The position numbers were made by a program, and so were the translations under genes. A stretch of DNA of 64,000 nucleotides from Mycobacteriales bacterium (GTDB taxonomy: Bacteria; Actinomycetota; Actinomycetes; Mycobacteriales; QHCE01): positions 16,529 through 80,528 of the forward strand of contig JBGTNI010000050.1 in assembly GCA_041743105.1 (NCBI GenBank), given 5' to 3'. Below, in pieces: positions 59,237 to 64,000 of this stretch. The notes below the pieces were generated by a model. That model was not told where the DNA came from, ran no database searches, and saw only the letters and a list, made by a program, of their open reading frames with translations. Numbering within the stretch: position 1 is the first letter of the stretch; every line of letters starts with the position of its first letter.

Positions 59237-59616
59237 GCGCTCTCATCCTCGACGCGGGCGCTTTTGTAGCCGTTGATCGTCACGACCGGGGGATGCTAGC
59301 CAAGCTTCGTGCCGCACAGCAGCATGGCGTGGAGTTGCGGAGTAACGCTGTGGTCGTGGCTCAGGTGTGGCGAGAAAGTGGCGGTCGTCAAGCTAACTTA
59401 GCTCGGCTGCTGCGTGGCATGGACGTTTGCACGGTGGACGAAAAACGGGGCCGTCAAGCGGGGGTTCTTATCGGCAAAGCGGGTACCAGTGATCCGATCG
59501 ACGCCACGCTGGTCTTGATCGCCCGGTCGGGAGACCGCATTGTGACAAGTGATCCTGGTGACATTAGCCACCTCCTAACCACGGCGGGGATTCACGCCGT
59601 GGTTTCGACGTGCTGA
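59233..59616 (+). CDS. PIN-domain toxin
   Basis: 127 aa. LDAGAFVAVDR, VVAQVWRESGGRQANLARLL, DPIDATLVLIA and IVTSDPGDI. Paralog of 37864..38244. Confidence 0.7.
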   Translation: MSALILDAGAFVAVDRHDRGMLAKLRAAQQHGVELRSNAVVVAQVWRESGGRQANLARLLRGMDVCTVDEKRGRQAGVLIGKAGTSDPIDATLVLIARSGDRIVTSDPGDISHLLTTAGIHAVVSTC

Positions 59617-59722
59617 GTGGCAGTCGCCTCGCAGCGACAATGAGATCCCCCGGATGATATTGCCGCCAATAATGTCCTCTGTATGCTCGAGTCGCGCCGT
59701 TGAACGGCGGTCCGCCACGGGC

Positions 59723-62700
59723 CTAGACCTCCATCGCGGCGTCGAGGGCGCGTAACACTCGCTTCTCCGAGATCGGGTACTTCGTTCCCAGGGTTTGTGC
59801 GAAGTAGCTCACACGTAACTCCTCTAACATCCACCGCACCTCGTCAAGCCGCGATGCGGCTTCGGGTGAAGCGGTAGCTCGAGCGTTGCGATAGGTGGCT
59901 TCGAGCTGATGGAGCTGCACCATGAGCTCGTCATCGCGGTACGGAGCATCGGTGAGTTTCTGCAACCGATGCCGGGCGGCCCTCAGGTAACGCGCCAGGT
60001 CGGGCAGACGCGCCAGCCCGGTTTCGGTGACGAAACCGCGGTAATACAACCGGTCTCGTTGCGCCCGAATGTCATCGAGCGCCGCGCTCAGGCTGGCGTG
60101 TGGTTGCGTGCGGAGCTCGGATTCCAGCTCACTCGCAGCAGTCAGCACCGCGACGACGGCGTGCACCACCCGTTTCAGTGCATCAGGCAAGCCCGTCCGA
60201 ATCTGGTCACAGAGCTCGACGAAGTCCGACTCGTTCCATACCGGTGCAAGTGTCGCGGCCATCAGCACATCGACGGCGCCGCTTGCGCAGTCCTCCAGCA
60301 AGTCTTGAGCGCCGCGGTGCGGGCCGCTGCTCAGTAGCAGCTTCTCGCGGAGCCCCAGCTGGTCTGCAACCGGCTTGGTGGGAGCCGGCACCACAAGGCG
60401 GAGCAGCCGACGCGTCCCCGCCCACATCGCTTTCCGTTGCTCGGTTTCGGAGCGTAAAACTTCGATCGCGACACTGTCACCGTTATCGATCAGAGCCGGA
60501 AAGCCCGTGAGACGAAACCCGGCTCGATCGTGTTCGACCCGCTGCGGCAGCTCTCCGAAGTCCCAGCTACGCAACTCCGATCGCTCGACGCCGGCGGTAT
60601 TAGCCAGCGTCGTAGCCAGCACCTCACTCACCCGGTCGTGTAGTCGGAGCCGAAGCTCTGCGAGGTCTTTGCCTTCGGCCAGTACTCCACCGCCATCGCC
60701 ACACACGCGGAACGTGGTACGAAGGTGGCTCGGCAGGCTATCGAGATCCCAAGCATCCTCGCCGATAGCTGTCCCGCTCATGGCGGACAGCTCAGCGGCG
60801 ATCTCCCTAAGCACTGCACCGGGTTCGTCGGGCAGTTTATCCAGCAGCGTCGACACGTAGCCGGGGATTGGAACAAAGCCGCGTCGAATCGGTTTCGGTA
60901 ACGATCGCAGCAAGGTCGTGATGATTTCGTGCCGCAGTCCCGGCACTTGCCATGCGAGCCCGTCGCTGCGTAGCTCACCGAGCGCGGCCAAGGGCACGTC
61001 GACGGTGACGCCGTCATCGGCATCTCCGGGGGAGAAGACGTAGGACATTGGCACGTTTGTTCCGCTGGAAGTGGACCACACCAAAGGAAAGTCGTCGGGG
61101 TCGACGTCGGCTTTCGGATCACGTACCAACTCTGGGTCGAACGTGAGGAGCTCGGGCTCAGTCCGGCGCACCCGCTTCCACCAGCTGTCGAAGTGGCGGC
61201 CCGATACTACGTCGACGCCGATACGCTGGTCGTAGAAATCGAACAGCACGTCCTCGCCGGCTGCCAGGCCGCGGCGCCGGCTTCGTTCCTCCAGCTCCTC
61301 GACCTCTGCTAGTAGCCGCCTGTTGGCGTGAAAGAACTCGTGTCGAGTGGACCAGTCGCCTTCTACTAGTGCGTGCCGGATGAACAGTTCTCGAGCCAAC
61401 GGCGCATCCACCGTGGCGTAGTTGACGGGGCGTTGTGTCACGATGGGCAGCCCGTACAGCGTCACCCGCTCGTAGCCCATCACCGCGGCCCGCTTACTAC
61501 TCCAATGCGGCTCGCTGTACTGCCGTTTGACCAGGTGGCCAGCCAGAGGCTCGATCCATTCTGGTTCGATGGACGCCGCGGACCGCGCCCATAACCGGGA
61601 GGTCTCCATCAATTGAGCGGCCATGATCCATGTGGGTGGCTTTTTCGATAGCGAGGAGCCGCGCGGCAACGCGAATCGGGCGCCGCGTGCGCCTTGATAT
61701 TCACGTTTCTGGCTGTCGTACCGGCCGACGTGGGACAGCAACCCGGCCAGTACTGCACGGTGGATCTGCTGTGGTCCAGCTGCTTCGTCGTTCAGCGTCA
61801 AACCGAGTTCTGTGGCGATGTGGCGTAGCTGGGCGAACACGTCCTCCCATTCGCGCACCCTTAGGTAGTGCAGAAACTCGGTTTTGCAGAGCTTGCGAAA
61901 CCGGCTTGACGACAGCTGTCGTCGCGACTGCGAAAGATGGTTCCACAGGTTGAGGTAGGCGATGAGCTCTGAGTGAGGGTCGGCGAACCGGGCGTGGTGC
62001 GCGGCAGCGGCCTGCTGATGTTCGACCGGCTGTTCCCGGGGGTCTTGAATGGACATTCCCGCCACGACAATGAGCACCTCTCGCACGCAGTCGTGCTGCT
62101 GTGCCGCAAGTATCATTCGGCCGAACCGAGGATCGACCGGCAGCCGCGCCAGGCGACGCCCGATGTCGGTGAGGCTCCTGTCGTGGGGATCTTCCAGTGC
62201 GCCCAGCTCCGTCAACAGCGCGATACCGGTGGCGACGGCTCGGCGATCTGGCGAGTCCAGAAAAGGAAACGCCGCAATATCTCCCAAGCCGAACGCGATC
62301 ATGCGCAGGATCACCGACGCCAAGTTGGTGCGGACGATCTCGGGATCGGTGAAGGCAGCCCGTTTCTCGAAGTCGGCCGCGGAGTACAACCGGATGCAGA
62401 TACCGTCGGCGACCCGGCCGCACCGGCCGGCTCGTTGGTTCGCCGATGCCTGCGAGATCGGTTCGATGGGTAGCCGTTGCACCTTTGTGCGGTTGCTGAA
62501 TCGTGAGATTCGGGCCGTCCCCGCATCGATGACGTACCGAACTCCCGGCACCGTCAGCGATGTTTCCGCCACGTTGGTCGCTAGCACGATCCGGCGTTTG
62601 GAGTGCTCCCTGAAGACGCGGTGCTGATCGCTCACCGAGAGTCGCGCAAACAACGGAACCACGTCGGTGGCGGCAAGGTTCATCGTGGCAAGAGCGTCGG

Positions 62701-63646
62701 CTGTGTCGCGAATTTCACGCTCTCCGCTGAGGAACACGAGGATGTCACCGGGGCCTTCGGCCGTCAGTTCGTTCACCGCGTCGCAGATGCCTTGCGCCTG
62801 GTCGCGGTCGATTTGCTCGTCCGGATCGGTCAGCGGCCGGTACCGCAGCTCGACCGGATAGGTACGCCCAGACACTTCTAACACTGGAGCGCCGCCGAAA
62901 TGGCGGGAGAACTTCTCCGAGTCGATGGTGGCGGAGGTGATGATCAATTTCAGATCAGGTCGCTGGGGGAGAAGTCGTTTCAGGTAACCGAGCAGAAAAT
63001 CGATATTGAGGCTGCGTTCGTGCGCCTCGTCGATGATGATCGTGTCGTAGGCGTACAGCGACCGGTCTCGACCAGTCTCGGCCAGCAGGATGCCGTCGGT
63101 CATCACTTTGATGAGCGTTTCGTCACTAATCGTGTCGCTGTGCCGTACGACGTACCCGACTTGCTCACCCAGCTTCACCTGAAGCTCGGCGGCGATGCGT
63201 TCGGCCACCGTTGCGGCCGCGAGACGCCGGGGCTGAGTGTGTCCGATCCGACCCCGGATGCCGCGACCCAGTCCGGCGCAGATCTTGGGTAGCTGGGTGG
63301 TTTTTCCGGATCCGGTCTCACCCGCGACGATCACTACCTGATGCGTATTGATCGCGTGCGCGATTTCATCCTTCCGCGCGCTTACCGGCAACTCTGCCGG
63401 ATAGTCGATCGGGTTCAACGCCGCTAAAGCTTCGCGTCGAAGACCGGAGCGTTGTGCGGCGGTGTCGAGCTCGGCGCCGAGTCCGCGAAGCAGAACGGCT
63501 TGTTTGGCCTGATCGCTCTGGCGTCCAGCCGCGTCGAGACGACGACGAAGTCTACGTTCGTCGCGCAGCGACAGCTCAGGCAGTCGGATCGTGAGATCGG
63601 CAAGTGATGGAGTCACGGGGGATTTCTGTGGGATGAAGTAATCCAC
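59723..63646 (-). CDS. hrpA: ATP-dependent RNA helicase HrpA (DEAH-box)
   Basis: 1307 aa. GETGSGKTT, DEAHERS, SATID, TNVAETSLT and QRAGRCGR, followed by the long HrpA C-terminal region. Confidence 0.9.
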   Translation of the reverse strand: MDYFIPQKSPVTPSLADLTIRLPELSLRDERRLRRRLDAAGRQSDQAKQAVLLRGLGAELDTAAQRSGLRREALAALNPIDYPAELPVSARKDEIAHAINTHQVVIVAGETGSGKTTQLPKICAGLGRGIRGRIGHTQPRRLAAATVAERIAAELQVKLGEQVGYVVRHSDTISDETLIKVMTDGILLAETGRDRSLYAYDTIIIDEAHERSLNIDFLLGYLKRLLPQRPDLKLIITSATIDSEKFSRHFGGAPVLEVSGRTYPVELRYRPLTDPDEQIDRDQAQGICDAVNELTAEGPGDILVFLSGEREIRDTADALATMNLAATDVVPLFARLSVSDQHRVFREHSKRRIVLATNVAETSLTVPGVRYVIDAGTARISRFSNRTKVQRLPIEPISQASANQRAGRCGRVADGICIRLYSAADFEKRAAFTDPEIVRTNLASVILRMIAFGLGDIAAFPFLDSPDRRAVATGIALLTELGALEDPHDRSLTDIGRRLARLPVDPRFGRMILAAQQHDCVREVLIVVAGMSIQDPREQPVEHQQAAAAHHARFADPHSELIAYLNLWNHLSQSRRQLSSSRFRKLCKTEFLHYLRVREWEDVFAQLRHIATELGLTLNDEAAGPQQIHRAVLAGLLSHVGRYDSQKREYQGARGARFALPRGSSLSKKPPTWIMAAQLMETSRLWARSAASIEPEWIEPLAGHLVKRQYSEPHWSSKRAAVMGYERVTLYGLPIVTQRPVNYATVDAPLARELFIRHALVEGDWSTRHEFFHANRRLLAEVEELEERSRRRGLAAGEDVLFDFYDQRIGVDVVSGRHFDSWWKRVRRTEPELLTFDPELVRDPKADVDPDDFPLVWSTSSGTNVPMSYVFSPGDADDGVTVDVPLAALGELRSDGLAWQVPGLRHEIITTLLRSLPKPIRRGFVPIPGYVSTLLDKLPDEPGAVLREIAAELSAMSGTAIGEDAWDLDSLPSHLRTTFRVCGDGGGVLAEGKDLAELRLRLHDRVSEVLATTLANTAGVERSELRSWDFGELPQRVEHDRAGFRLTGFPALIDNGDSVAIEVLRSETEQRKAMWAGTRRLLRLVVPAPTKPVADQLGLREKLLLSSGPHRGAQDLLEDCASGAVDVLMAATLAPVWNESDFVELCDQIRTGLPDALKRVVHAVVAVLTAASELESELRTQPHASLSAALDDIRAQRDRLYYRGFVTETGLARLPDLARYLRAARHRLQKLTDAPYRDDELMVQLHQLEATYRNARATASPEAASRLDEVRWMLEELRVSYFAQTLGTKYPISEKRVLRALDAAMEV

Positions 63647-63835
63647 GGTTGGACCGGATGGGGTCGGACACCTTTAGTCCAACGCTGCTTGCTAGTTGTT
63701 CGACGAGCAATAGCATACCCGGCGTCGAGGAGGCGCGGTCGATATCGGGATGGGTGGCCACCGCTGAGGAAGCGCCGCCGAAATGACGGATAATTTCAAA
63801 TGCACCAAGCGTCTGGTGGTTGATAGCTTTGTTTC

Positions 63836-64000
63836 ATGACGCGGAGTCCGGTGGCCCGAGCCATGATCGTCTTACCCACAACATGGACTCGTCCGATTGA
63901 ACAGCTTTCCTACTCTGGAGGCGAGCAGTGGGAGCGACCCCCTTCGGAGATCCACGTTCCTGACCCATTACCAGCTGGTAGCCCGCCGCTGATCTGTGTG
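63836..64000 (+). CDS. 5' part of an unidentified ORF running off the window
   Basis: An ATG at 63836 opens a frame that stays open for 55 codons to the window end (MTRSPVARAMIVLPTTW..SPPLICV). It is too short to classify. Confidence 0.2.
   Translation, partial: MTRSPVARAMIVLPTTWTRPIEQLSYSGGEQWERPPSEIHVPDPLPAGSPPLICV

Noticed and set aside
1-64000. Search for tRNA, rRNA, tmRNA and CRISPR arrays
   Set aside because: All intergenic gaps over 100 bp were read. None shows a cloverleaf-compatible tRNA sequence, rRNA-like sequence or regularly spaced direct repeats. Confirmation would need tRNAscan-SE, Infernal or a CRISPR finder.

Overview
High-G+C chromosomal segment that looks actinobacterial, judging by gene content and synteny: hisS-aspS, rarA, the dcw-distal block yggS-sepF-yggT-divIVA, lspA-rluD-dnaE, his genes, cysK-cysE, hrpA. 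The genus cannot be determined. Most of the window is ordinary housekeeping DNA with five type II toxin-antitoxin pairs scattered through it. I found no rRNA, tRNA or CRISPR array. Three accessory regions stand out.

(1) 4.6-16.8 kb is an array of duplicated and partly decayed cassettes on the minus strand. It encodes two giant Sec-secreted paralogs of about 1400 and 1315 aa. Both share an N-domain, an SLT-like lytic-transglycosylase core and a golvesin-like module, but their C-terminal modules differ: an unassigned ~415-aa domain in one and an SGNH esterase in the other. The array also holds ricin-type beta-trefoil lectins, several lectin pseudogene fragments and a deletion scar. It is framed by a ~190-bp direct repeat that copies the promoter and 5' end of the adjacent sensor-kinase gene 10.8 kb away. 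This is my best candidate for an undescribed system.

(2) 25.1-26.6 kb holds a low-G+C orphan membrane-anchored gene followed by an apparently dead gap.

(3) 48.7-52.85 kb is a decayed island bounded by a 98-bp duplication of the hisC 3' end. It contains a Phd/RelE module and an aminotransferase gene remnant. That remnant is split by a 3122-bp Tn3-family element with 44-bp terminal inverted repeats and a perfect 5-bp target-site duplication (GTCTT). The element carries HEAT-repeat and MerR-HEAT passenger genes plus tnpR and tnpA remnants.

Also notable is a 1003-aa protein next to a two-component system. It fuses a predicted extracytoplasmic S15/CocE-NonD-type hydrolase, through a transmembrane helix, to an ABC ATPase.

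All family calls rest on motif recognition by eye. No database search was run.
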